Source: Calditrichia bacterium (lineage in GTDB: Bacteria > Calditrichota > Calditrichia > JAJRVZ01). From it: a DNA stretch of 64,000 bases. The stretch spans positions 1-64,000 of the forward strand of contig CAVZSQ010000003.1 in the NCBI GenBank assembly GCA_963777955.1. The letters are read 5' to 3'. The notes under the pieces are model-generated. The model was given only the letters and a program-made list of their open reading frames with translations, had not been told where the DNA came from and searched no databases. The position numbers and the translations under genes were made by a program. Each line of letters begins with the position of its first letter. Position 1 is the stretch's first letter. Below, piece after piece: positions 54,678 through 64,000 of the stretch.

Positions 54678-56133
54678 CAATCTCCTCTGCATATTTCAGC
54701 GCATTTACCAGTACGGCTGATTTATTTTCGATTTCTTTAATCTCCAGGTGCGGCTGGCTGTCAGCCACTATCCCGGCGCCCGCCTGCCAGTAAACGGAAT
54801 CAGGCCTGGCAAACAGGGTGCGGATGGCGATGCACATATCCAGGTTCCCGCTGAAATCGATGTAGCCCACGGCACCTCCGTATACATTGCGGCTGCAGTG
54901 CTCATATTGATCGATCAGTTGTATGGCGCGGATCTTAGGGGCACCGGTGAGTGTTCCGGCCGGAAAGCCGGCCATTAATGCATCGATGCAATCCTGGTCA
55001 TCACGTAATTCCCCTTCCACCCTGGAAACAATATGCATGACATGTGAATACCTTTGAATTTTCATTTCCTCACTGAGACGGATAGAATCAAATTTGCAGA
55101 TCCGGCCCAGATCATTGCGGGCCAGGTCCACCAGCATGACATGCTCGGCACGTTCCTTGGGATCGGAGAGTAAATCGGCTTCGAGTTGGCGGTCTTCGCT
55201 TTCGTCGCGCCCGCGGCGACGGGTTCCGGCAATGGGTAAAATGGTAACCTGGCGGTTGCTGACTTTTACCAAATCTTCCGGAGAAGTGCCGATAATGGTA
55301 AGATCAGCGGCAAATTCCATATAGTACATATATGGCGAAGGATTAATAATACGCAGGGCCCGGTAGACATTCAGCAGATCACCATGATACGTCGCGTTAA
55401 AACGCCGGGATAAAACGATCTGGAATATATCCCCGGCCCGGATATGTTCCTTGGCCTGTTCGATTGTGGCGGCAAAGTCTGTATCCGGTTCCCGGTCAGT
55501 CGTGGTTTGAAAACGGAAATCCGATTGATGGGTTACCGGTCTGGCCAGTTCGCGATGCAATTGTTGTAAATCAGATCGGGCTGATTCATAAGCCCTGGCC
55601 AGATCAGGCTGTTCAGCGGTAAATACATTTTTGATCAGGATCAGCTGATGTTTGTAATGATCAAAGGCCACCACGGTGGTGTAAACGGCAAAGATCGCAT
55701 CGGGAGTATCAATCTCCTGCCGGCGCTTAAAATTTATCACATCTTCGATCAGGGCAATATTTTCATAACCCAGGTATCCTACTATACCGCCGGTGAATTC
55801 GGGCAATTCTTCGACCGGCGGCCGGCTGAAAGCGGCAACCTCCTGCTTGAGATAGGCGAACAGATTGCCGTGCAGCTGTTCCTGCCGGTCACCCTGGATA
55901 ATCCGGATTTCCTGCTCACGGTTACTGATAATTTTTATCGGGTCCCGGCCCACAAATGAATAGCGGGCCAGCCGGCCGATGCCTTCAACGGATTCCAGCA
56001 GAAAACAGTAATTATTTTTCTGGCGCAGTTTAAGATATGCCAGCACCGGGGTTAACAGATCCGCAGTGATCTTTTCGTAGACCGGGACCACACTGTATTT
56101 TTTGGCAAGTTTTTTGAAATTTTCAAAATCCAT
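54655..56133 (-). CDS. trpE: Anthranilate synthase component I
   Basis: LLESVE, NPSPYM, PIAGT, EHVMLVDLARND, FPAGT. Confidence 0.96.
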   Translation of the reverse strand: MDFENFKKLAKKYSVVPVYEKITADLLTPVLAYLKLRQKNNYCFLLESVEGIGRLARYSFVGRDPIKIISNREQEIRIIQGDRQEQLHGNLFAYLKQEVAAFSRPPVEELPEFTGGIVGYLGYENIALIEDVINFKRRQEIDTPDAIFAVYTTVVAFDHYKHQLILIKNVFTAEQPDLARAYESARSDLQQLHRELARPVTHQSDFRFQTTTDREPDTDFAATIEQAKEHIRAGDIFQIVLSRRFNATYHGDLLNVYRALRIINPSPYMYYMEFAADLTIIGTSPEDLVKVSNRQVTILPIAGTRRRGRDESEDRQLEADLLSDPKERAEHVMLVDLARNDLGRICKFDSIRLSEEMKIQRYSHVMHIVSRVEGELRDDQDCIDALMAGFPAGTLTGAPKIRAIQLIDQYEHCSRNVYGGAVGYIDFSGNLDMCIAIRTLFARPDSVYWQAGAGIVADSQPHLEIKEIENKSAVLVNALKYAEEIDEDPGDR

Positions 56134-56145
56134 TCATTTTTCTCC

Positions 56146-56183
56146 AAAAAAAAACCCTTCTCTGTGAATTACGGAGAAGGGTC
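56146..56183 (-). terminator. trp attenuator terminator hairpin
   Basis: Minus strand GACCCTTCTC-loop-GAGAAGGGTT followed by a T run, just before the trpE RBS. Confidence 0.9.
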
Positions 56184-56208
56184 TTTGTATCGATTATGCT
56201 TCTTTTAT

Positions 56209-56301
56209 TCACCCGAGCCAATGTGGAAACATCGAGATCCACCATCCCCACTTATGGTTTTGCCAGTTGAGCAGTATGAATTTTCTATCAAAATTCTTCA
56301 T
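56209..56301 (-). CDS. trpL: trp operon leader peptide MKNFDRKFILLNWQNHKWGWWISMFPHWLG
   Basis: 30 aa with 5 Trp codons, lying between the promoter and the terminator. Confidence 0.9.
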   Translation of the reverse strand: MKNFDRKFILLNWQNHKWGWWISMFPHWLG

Positions 56302-56310
56302 AATTATTCA

Positions 56311-56340
56311 AATATATAGTAACAGACTCTATAATGTCAA
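56311..56340 (-). promoter_or_regulatory. Sigma70-type promoter of the trp operon
   Basis: TTGACA at 56340-56335 with TATATA or TATATT at 16 or 18 nt spacing. Confidence 0.7.
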
Positions 56341-56364
56341 GGATAGAAGCTGATATTTTTATGA

Positions 56365-58491
56365 TTATATTAATTCAATTTCCTGTTTTAGCCGGATAGC
56401 GGCGGAGGATGAGCCGATATGAATGACAAATTTCCCCTCTTCGGCGAACCATTCTTTTGTTTGCGGATTCCAGAAAGCGAAATCCCTGCGGTCAAGTTTT
56501 ATTGTTACTACCTCGCTTTGTCCGGGAGCCAGGCTCACCTTTTTAAATCCTTTCAGTTCTTTGACAGGCCGGGGGACGGAGGATTCAAGATCCTGAATAT
56601 ATAACTGGGTGGTTTCCATTCCAGTCAATTTTCCCGAATTCCTGACCGTAAAAGTTACAGTGACGGTATCGTCTTCGGTAAACCTGGCTTTGGACAAGTG
56701 CAGATCGCTGTATTCAAAAGTGGTATAAGACAGACCATAGCCGAATGGGTAGAGCGGTGCAATGTTCTTATGCTCATACCAGCGGTATCCGACGAAGATC
56801 CCTTCCTTATAATTGACATCGTAGACCGCATGGGCTTTTTCTTCTTCTCTATTCCAATCGCTGTAAAGTTTTTCGTTCTCAGGCAGGTAACCATACCCTG
56901 GTGAATCTTTAAATTCCCGTTCAATGGTTATGGGCAATTTCCCGGACGGATTTGTTTTCCCGGCTATAATTTCCGCCAGAGCCTGGTTACCCGTCTGACC
57001 GCCATACCAGGCGTAGATGATGGCCCTGGCCTGCTCAGACCAGCCGGTCATCCTGACACCGCTTCCGGATGTGACGATGACCACTGTGTTAGGATTGTTA
57101 TTGACACATTCCGTTACTTTTTTCTCCTGTTCGGCCGGTAATTCAAACGGCTGGTCCCAGCCTTCGCTGTCACGTGTACCGATATTGCACAGCACTACCG
57201 TGGCAGACCTGATCTGTCCGGGATCGGGGTCCTTTATATACTCGATCCGTTCAGCAAATTCTTTTCTCAATTCATCGAGCAGCAAGCGGTGATTATACCC
57301 CTCCACCATAGCCGAGCCGCCGCCCCTGGCCAATTCTTCGACAAAATCTCCGGTTAATAAAATCGATTCAACATTGTTACCGAGGGGCAGAATATTATTT
57401 TCGTTTTTTAAAAGTACGATTCCTTCCCGGGCAGTCTGTAAAGCAATCAATTCATGATTTTCAAACGTATCATAATACGCAGGTTCCTTTTTTCTTTCAC
57501 CCAATCTCATGGCGAAGTAGGTTCTTAAGATACTCCTGGTCATGCGGTCGATATCTTTGACCTGTACCTTACCTTCATTTATAAGTTGCCCGGCATTTTG
57601 CAAAGCGATGGCCAGCGGCATTTCCAGGTCCTGGCCGGAGGCAGCAAGTTTTTCACCGTCATCTACCGACCACCAGTCGGTCAGCACCAGCCATTTAAAT
57701 CCCAGTTGTCCTCTTAACAGATCATTGATAACTGCTTTGCTCTGGCCGCACCATTCTCCGTTCAATAAATTATACGACGTCATCACTGCTTTGGCGCCGG
57801 CATCGATGCCAGCCTTGAAAGCGGGCAGATAGATTTCATGCAAGGTTCGCTGGTCAACAACCGAATTACTTTTTCTTCTGAAAAAATCAGTATTGTTGGC
57901 GACGAAGTGCTTCAAGGTTGCGATTGTTCCCGTACTTTGTACTCCTTTTACGTATTCAGCAACCAGCCGGGATTTAAGCACAGGATCTTCGCCAAAATAT
58001 TCAAAATTCCGGCCACATTGGGCATGCCGGTAATTATTAATCCCTGGTCCCAACAGGATGCCGATACCGCCGGCACGGCACTCTTCACCAATGGCTTCAG
58101 CATAACGGTATGATAATTCGGGATTCCAGGTAGCGGCCAATAAAATTGGGCAGGGGAAAGCCGTAGACTTTTCCAACCGGTATTCGGACAAGTCCACATC
58201 CCTGAATTTATCCCTGATATGCACACCCTGGGTGGCATCGACCATATATACTTCAGGCAGGTTTAATCTGGGCAGCGGCCGGATAAAAAAATCACGGTCT
58301 CCGCCGATAAAAGCGATTTTCTCATCCAGGGTCATTAGTTTCCAGACTGAGTCCGCCTTTTGATCGGCTTGTTCGTAACTGAGCGGTGCAAAATTGGTTT
58401 TCATGTCACTGACGGATTTAGTTTCTATCTGGTTGCAACTGATAACCATGAATATGAGTGGTACAAAGAAAATAATGAAATTTTTAAACAT
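56365..58491 (-). CDS. GH3 beta-glucosidase lipoprotein with Fn3-like C-terminus
   Basis: GRNFEYFGEDP, KHF, VMTSYN, LTDW nucleophile, YPFGYGLSYT. Confidence 0.93.
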   Translation of the reverse strand: MFKNFIIFFVPLIFMVISCNQIETKSVSDMKTNFAPLSYEQADQKADSVWKLMTLDEKIAFIGGDRDFFIRPLPRLNLPEVYMVDATQGVHIRDKFRDVDLSEYRLEKSTAFPCPILLAATWNPELSYRYAEAIGEECRAGGIGILLGPGINNYRHAQCGRNFEYFGEDPVLKSRLVAEYVKGVQSTGTIATLKHFVANNTDFFRRKSNSVVDQRTLHEIYLPAFKAGIDAGAKAVMTSYNLLNGEWCGQSKAVINDLLRGQLGFKWLVLTDWWSVDDGEKLAASGQDLEMPLAIALQNAGQLINEGKVQVKDIDRMTRSILRTYFAMRLGERKKEPAYYDTFENHELIALQTAREGIVLLKNENNILPLGNNVESILLTGDFVEELARGGGSAMVEGYNHRLLLDELRKEFAERIEYIKDPDPGQIRSATVVLCNIGTRDSEGWDQPFELPAEQEKKVTECVNNNPNTVVIVTSGSGVRMTGWSEQARAIIYAWYGGQTGNQALAEIIAGKTNPSGKLPITIEREFKDSPGYGYLPENEKLYSDWNREEEKAHAVYDVNYKEGIFVGYRWYEHKNIAPLYPFGYGLSYTTFEYSDLHLSKARFTEDDTVTVTFTVRNSGKLTGMETTQLYIQDLESSVPRPVKELKGFKKVSLAPGQSEVVTIKLDRRDFAFWNPQTKEWFAEEGKFVIHIGSSSAAIRLKQEIELI

Positions 58492-58530
58492 ATCTTCTCC
58501 GCATTAAATGAAGTGGATATGTAATATATT

Positions 58531-59517
58531 TTATATTCCAACTTTTTCATAACGTTCAATCATTTCATCCAGCAGCTGATTCAGCTTATGATCGATCACC
58601 CGCCGGGATGGATCTCCGTCGTACCAGCGGATAATTTCTGCAGCACCGCGGGTAAAAGGTATTGTCGCCGTAAAATCGGGTACTAATTGCTTGATTTTAG
58701 TATTGTCAAATATCATACTGTGAGTTTTATCTCCCAGGAGACTTGCCCCCCATTCCGGATCAAACCTGGCAATTATTTCCGAGGGGATGTGCACGATCTG
58801 CGCGCTGGTTCCGGCTGCCCGGGCTACAATTTCAAAAATCTGATTCCAGGTTAATAACTCGTCTGAGGTTATATGAAAAGCCTGACCTACCGCCTGTTTT
58901 TTGCCTAATAAACCGATGAAACCCCTGGCAAAATCACGATGGTGAGTAAGGACCCATAAGGAACTACCGTCGCCATGAACGATCACTTTTTTACCCTGGC
59001 GCATACGGTTCACGATAGTATATCCTCCATGCATGGGCAACAGGGTACAATCATAAGTATGAGAAGGCCTGACTATGGTAACCGGGAACTGCTCTTCACT
59101 ATAGGCCCGCATTAGCCGTTCTTCGCAGGCGATTTTAGCCTGTGAATATTTCCAGAAGGGATTGCCGAGTGGTGTCGATTCGGTTACCGGCAGACTCTGC
59201 GGCGGAGTTTGATAAGCAGAAGCGGAACTGATAAAAATATATTGGGCGGTGCGATCACGGAACAGCTTCAAATCCCGTTCAATATGCTCGGGTGTAAAGT
59301 TTATCCAGTTTACCACTGAATCGAATGATTCATGGCCAAGGCTCTTTTGAACTGCTGCGACATCGCGGATATCGGCAGGTAATAACTCAGCCTCCCTGGG
59401 AACGGGCCTGCTGGTTTGACCGCGATTCAACAAATAAAGTCTGATACCGCGTTCCACAGCCAGTTGAGAACAAGCCGAACTGATGATACCTGTACCACCG
59501 ATGAATAGAACTTTCAC
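58531..59517 (-). CDS. NAD-dependent epimerase/dehydratase (extended SDR)
   Basis: GGTGIIS, ISSASAY, YSQAK, VRPSHTY. Confidence 0.9.
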   Translation of the reverse strand: MKVLFIGGTGIISSACSQLAVERGIRLYLLNRGQTSRPVPREAELLPADIRDVAAVQKSLGHESFDSVVNWINFTPEHIERDLKLFRDRTAQYIFISSASAYQTPPQSLPVTESTPLGNPFWKYSQAKIACEERLMRAYSEEQFPVTIVRPSHTYDCTLLPMHGGYTIVNRMRQGKKVIVHGDGSSLWVLTHHRDFARGFIGLLGKKQAVGQAFHITSDELLTWNQIFEIVARAAGTSAQIVHIPSEIIARFDPEWGASLLGDKTHSMIFDNTKIKQLVPDFTATIPFTRGAAEIIRWYDGDPSRRVIDHKLNQLLDEMIERYEKVGI

Positions 59518-59824
59518 GTTTATCTTCTTCCCCCGGATAGATTCATCTATGTTTTGACAATCTTTATATAAAATAGAGAAGCTTCAAACAAAAGGCAATT
59601 TCTTAAAATCGCTTTCATGATGACGATACTTCGAGCTATTATCAACAAATTGAATATTTATACATGAGTTTTTATAAAAATACTTGTTTTGTAAAATAAA
59701 ATTATTTAGACTAAGCACCAATTTTCACATATTAAAAAAAGATGACGTTAGGCTTTTACTGACGGTACTAATAGTCTTAGCACATATATATATAAAACTA
59801 ATGTTTATTTAAGGAGAAAAATGT

Positions 59825-61129
59825 ATGCCCGAGAAAAAAAGTAAGACAGCTAAACCTGTCAGTCAGGCGGTTGAGAAACAAAAATCTTATAATGCTTTTG
59901 AAGTAGCCAAAAAGCATTTTGATACGGCGGCTAAATTTCTTGATCTGGATCATAATATTCAGCAACAGATGCGGTTGCCGGAGAGAGAATTGACCGTCAA
60001 TTTTCCGGTAAAAATGCGGGATGGTGATTTCAAGATGTTTACCGGTTACCGTGTCCAGCACAATACCGCGCGCGGACCGGCTAAAGGGGGTATCCGTTAC
60101 CACCCGGATGTGACACTGGATGAAGTGCGCGCTCTGGCAAGTTGGATGACCTGGAAATGCGCGGTGGTTAATATCCCCTATGGCGGTGCCAAGGGCGGGG
60201 TAATCTGTAACCCAAAAGAAATGATTAAGCCGGAACTTGAACATATGACCCGGCGCTATACCACTGAAATTGCCCATATCATCGGACCGCATCGTGATAT
60301 TCCGGCTCCGGATGTGTATACCGATAAGCAGACCATGGCCTGGATGATGGATACCTATACTATGGCCAGAGGAATCAGCAGTCCTGGTGTTGTGACCGGC
60401 AAGCCTCTGGCGCTGGGCGGTTCTGAAGGCCGGGAAGAAGCGACTGCCCGGGGTTGTGTTTACGTAATAAAAAAAGCATCACAGCAATTAAATCTGGATT
60501 TAAGAAACGCCAAGGTGGCGGTGCAGGGATTCGGAAACGCCGGTTCGATTGCCGCCCGGCTTTTGCACGATGAATATGATTGCCGGATTATCGCCATATC
60601 CGATTCCAAGGGTGCCATCCTGAATGAAAATGGTCTTGATCCCCACCGGGTTATTGAATTCAAACAGAAAACCGGGTCGGTGGTTAATTTCTCAAATTCG
60701 CAGTCCATTCCCCATGATGATATTCTGACCCTGAATTGCGATATCCTGGTACCGGCAGCTCTGGAAAATTCCATAACCAAAGAACTGGCCCACAAGGTGA
60801 AAGCCAAGATCATTGCCGAAGCGGCCAATGGCCCGACGGTTCCGGAAGCCGATGACATTCTCACCAGGAATGGAAAATTCATTCTGCCGGATATTTTAGC
60901 TAATGCCGGCGGCGTGACTGTTTCCTATTTTGAATGGGTCCAGAATAATTGTGGTTATTTCTGGAAGCTCGATCAGGTCAATTCCAATCTTAAAGAGATA
61001 ATGGAAAATTCTTTCGAAAATGTATTGAATATCTCGCGCAAACACAAAGTGAACATGCGCTGTGCTGCCTACATTCTGGCTATCAGGCGGGTCCACGAAG
61101 CTATTCAGTACCGGGGAATATATCCATAA
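59825..61129 (+). CDS. gdhA: Glu/Leu/Phe/Val dehydrogenase, probably glutamate dehydrogenase
   Basis: GPAKGGIRY, GGAKGG, IPAPDV, VQGFGNAG, NAGGVTVSYFEW. Confidence 0.9.
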   Translation: MPEKKSKTAKPVSQAVEKQKSYNAFEVAKKHFDTAAKFLDLDHNIQQQMRLPERELTVNFPVKMRDGDFKMFTGYRVQHNTARGPAKGGIRYHPDVTLDEVRALASWMTWKCAVVNIPYGGAKGGVICNPKEMIKPELEHMTRRYTTEIAHIIGPHRDIPAPDVYTDKQTMAWMMDTYTMARGISSPGVVTGKPLALGGSEGREEATARGCVYVIKKASQQLNLDLRNAKVAVQGFGNAGSIAARLLHDEYDCRIIAISDSKGAILNENGLDPHRVIEFKQKTGSVVNFSNSQSIPHDDILTLNCDILVPAALENSITKELAHKVKAKIIAEAANGPTVPEADDILTRNGKFILPDILANAGGVTVSYFEWVQNNCGYFWKLDQVNSNLKEIMENSFENVLNISRKHKVNMRCAAYILAIRRVHEAIQYRGIYP

Positions 61130-61188
61130 GCAGTAGGGCAGGGATAAGGTGAACGGCCAGACCGGTCACTGCTTTTTAAATCTGCTGT

Positions 61189-61239
61189 AAACCGGAGCAA
61201 GATCGACTAACCCCCAGGTGATTTTGCTCCGGTTTTTTT
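61189..61239 (+). terminator. Probable intrinsic terminator
   Basis: AAACCGGAGCAA / TTGCTCCGGTTT plus T run. Confidence 0.7.
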
Positions 61240-61350
61240 ATAGTTGCTGTCTGCAGTACTCCTTGATTGTTCCTCATAGTTTTGCTTAATAGTCCGAATA
61301 TTATATGTAGAAGATTTTCTATTTCTATTGGTCAATTGCCGGGGGAGAAA

Positions 61351-64000
61351 ATGAGATCTGTCTTTATGAGAAATCATTTAATAATCAGCATTTTGATTCT
61401 ATGTTTTATTTCAGTGGATCATAGCCAGGCGGCCAGGAATTATAAACCGGAAATTGCGGATCCGTTGTTTGAATCATGGCGCTGGCAGCATTATGCTTAC
61501 CTTAGTGGAAAAGGTATTCGTTGTTTTACCGAAGACAAAGAGCATAATACCTGGTTTGGCGTGGATAAAGGGGTGATCAGGTATAACGGTTTTACCTGGA
61601 TAACCTATACACCGCAGGATGGACTATTAGGCGCTCCGGTTGAGTGTTTATATACAGCCAATGACGGCAGCATCTATGCCGGTACTGCTGAGGGCTTGAG
61701 CAGATTTCAGGATGGTAACTGGAAGACTGTGTTCCCTTTGTCGGGAGATAGTCTGTTCCATGTCACTTGCATAAAACAACTTTCTGATGGCAGTATGGCC
61801 ATCGGTACCGATAGAGGTTTATTGCACCTGAAAGACGGCCGCTGCACTCTTTTTGGCACGCAACAAACTATAACTAATATGAGTAAGGTTTTAACTGAAA
61901 TCGGATACTGCCAGGTACCTGAGGCGGCGGCGTTTAATAATACACTTAAAGTATACGATCTGTTTCAGGATAACCAGGATAGAATCTGGTTATCCATGGG
62001 TGATGATATGGATGAAGCGGGAAAAATTTTACAATTTTCGCTGCCGGTTGAAAATCTTCCGGTTTTAAAGTCTTATACTATTTTTGCCAGGGAAACGGGA
62101 TATAAACTGGGTTCGAGAATGCATTTTTTGCAATCGTTGGATAAAAAAATATGGATCATCAGCGAGGACTTCGATATTGGTGTATATGCTTATGACCAGC
62201 AAGGCTGGACCTACGTGCAGTTAAGTGCGCAATTCGGGGGTGATGATCTGCACACCAGTATTATTTCAAGCGGAGACGGAACCGTTTGGATCGGCGGTCT
62301 GGCGAAATTATATGCTTATAAGCAAAATAAATGGTATATGTATAAGGCACCTGATGTTTCTTTACCCATTTCCCGCCTGTTGTTGCTGGAATCCAGCGAT
62401 GGGCATTTATGGATCGCCGGCAAACAAAATGAGGTATATAAAATCGACTATGCCGGTACGTCCTGGATGACCTGCCGGAATCTGAATTTCCAATGTGAAA
62501 CCATAGATGAAACACGCTGGTTTCTTTCGGTCGATGATCGGGTCGTCCGGCAGCAGGGAACTGCCTGGACATCCTACGGGCAGGAAGATGGCCTGATGCA
62601 GTATCCAGTTTGTATCATAGTAACTTCTAAAGGACAGACTATGGGCAGCCGGTAGTCAGGGTGAAGTGGCAGCGACTGCTTACTTTGAAAATGAAAAATG
62701 GCACCGGCAACTTCACCCGGATCTGTCCTGGGGTGTAGATTACCGGGCAGTTTTTGAATCTTTGGATGGTTCCATCTGGTTTGGTTGCGCAGTAGATATC
62801 CACAAAGAAAAAGGACAAAAAGCCGGAGCCCTGCGTTTGAAAAATCCCACCAGCGATATAAAGGAATGGATCCACTATACTTCTGCTGATGGTATTGACC
62901 AGGAGAACGCCTACGGCCTGGCGCAATCTCCTGATGGTCAGATATGGATGGGTGGGTCATCGTTATTCCGTTTCGATGGTGAAAAATGGCACCGTCAAGC
63001 CGAACCGCAACAGTTAGCAGAACGAGTTGATATCGTCCACAGCCGGTTCAGAAGCAAACTGTGGATTGGTTCCCGTTTTTATGGCATTTTTTCGTTTGAC
63101 GGGCAGGAATGGCAACAATATAAAATTGAAGATGGACTACTCAGTAACACGATAATCAGCATCTATGCGCAAACTGACAGCAACGTCTGGGTGGCCACCG
63201 ACAGGGATATCTGCCGCTTCGACGGGCGCAACTGGACTACCGATCTGTTCCCGGATGTTCTGACCTTCACCCGTGAGGGTGGTTCGCTGCAGATGTCAAA
63301 GGATGGCGCCCTGTGGATAAATATTTCTCTGCGCGAATGGAAGCGCCGGGCTTTAAAAAGTGTGACTTTAACTGCTGAGGCGCTGAATAAATTTTTTACC
63401 GTCAAGTATAAGCCGGATATGCGGCCGCCCGAAACGGATATTAAGATTTTTACAGCGGAAGTCGACCAGTCGGGGAATACGCTGATCAGTTGGATCGGTC
63501 ATGATGCCTGGGATGTTACAGCCCAGGAGGAGTTGACTTATTCTTACCGGCTGAATAATGATGATTGGAGTCCGTTCCAGGCCGAGACCCATCACACCTT
63601 TACCGCCTTGAAATCGGGTGCGTACCGGTTCGAGGTGAGAGCGCGCGATAAGGATTTCAATGTGGATCCCACGGCGGCGATGGTGGAGTTTAAGGTTATG
63701 CTGCCGGTCTATTTAAGAGCGTGGTTCATTGTCTTGATGGCCGTCTTGCTCAGCATCATCGGATATCTGACCACGCGCCTGATCCAGAGAAATGTCAATC
63801 TGAACAGGGCAAATTTTAAACTGCAAGTCGCGAAGAAAGAGACCGATGATATTCTGCATAATGTCGAAGAAGGTTTATTTTTACTGGATCCGGCCTATAC
63901 CATCGGTTCGCAATATTCGACGATTCTGGAATCAATTTTTAATCAAAAAGCATTGGCGCAGATCAACTTCGTCGAATTGCTGCGGAACAAAATTACCGGC
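61351..64000 (+). CDS. Second beta-propeller/Y_Y_Y membrane sensor, runs off the window (frameshift near 62640)
   Basis: Propeller repeats; YSYRL...WS, GAYRFEVRARD; TM; AKKETDDILHNVEEGLFLLD matching the first sensor. Confidence 0.85.

Noticed and set aside
59700..59800. Riboswitch upstream of glutamate dehydrogenase
   Set aside because: Only short possible stems; no recognisable aptamer consensus

Overview
Bacterial chromosomal window, probably from a Calditrichota/KSB1/Ignavibacteria-like organism (inferred from three proteins ending in a QNYPNPFN-type C-terminal sorting domain). Many genes, including trpB, trpC and nrfA, carry single-base frameshifts, which suggests an error-prone long-read assembly rather than mass pseudogenisation. 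Bases 1-7424 are the distal end of an integron gene-cassette array: about 11 same-strand cassettes separated by attC sites, with no integrase in the window. Then comes a long co-oriented accessory run: CE15 esterase, MDR oxidoreductase, DUF488, EamA, serine hydrolases, a DUF2177/DAK2-DegV/DUF1295/lipocalin cluster, nrfHA, VIT1, carboxylesterase, OmpA, a YpfJ-type peptidase and DinB. After it are a CsgG-DUF4810-DUF799 operon, a BON protein, a complete trpEGDCFBA operon with an unannotated Trp-rich leader peptide and attenuator, a GH3 glycosidase, an SDR and glutamate dehydrogenase. The most unusual elements are (i) two paralogous sensors that join different beta-propeller/Y_Y_Y ectodomains to a shared cytoplasmic module, which in the complete copy is an HPt plus CheA-like kinase with no CheW domain, (ii) the cassette array with host-specific, truncated and palindrome-invaded attC sites, and (iii) several decayed partial gene remnants hidden in apparent intergenic DNA (diverged copies of trpF and the carboxylesterase, plus an MBL-fold hydrolase tail).
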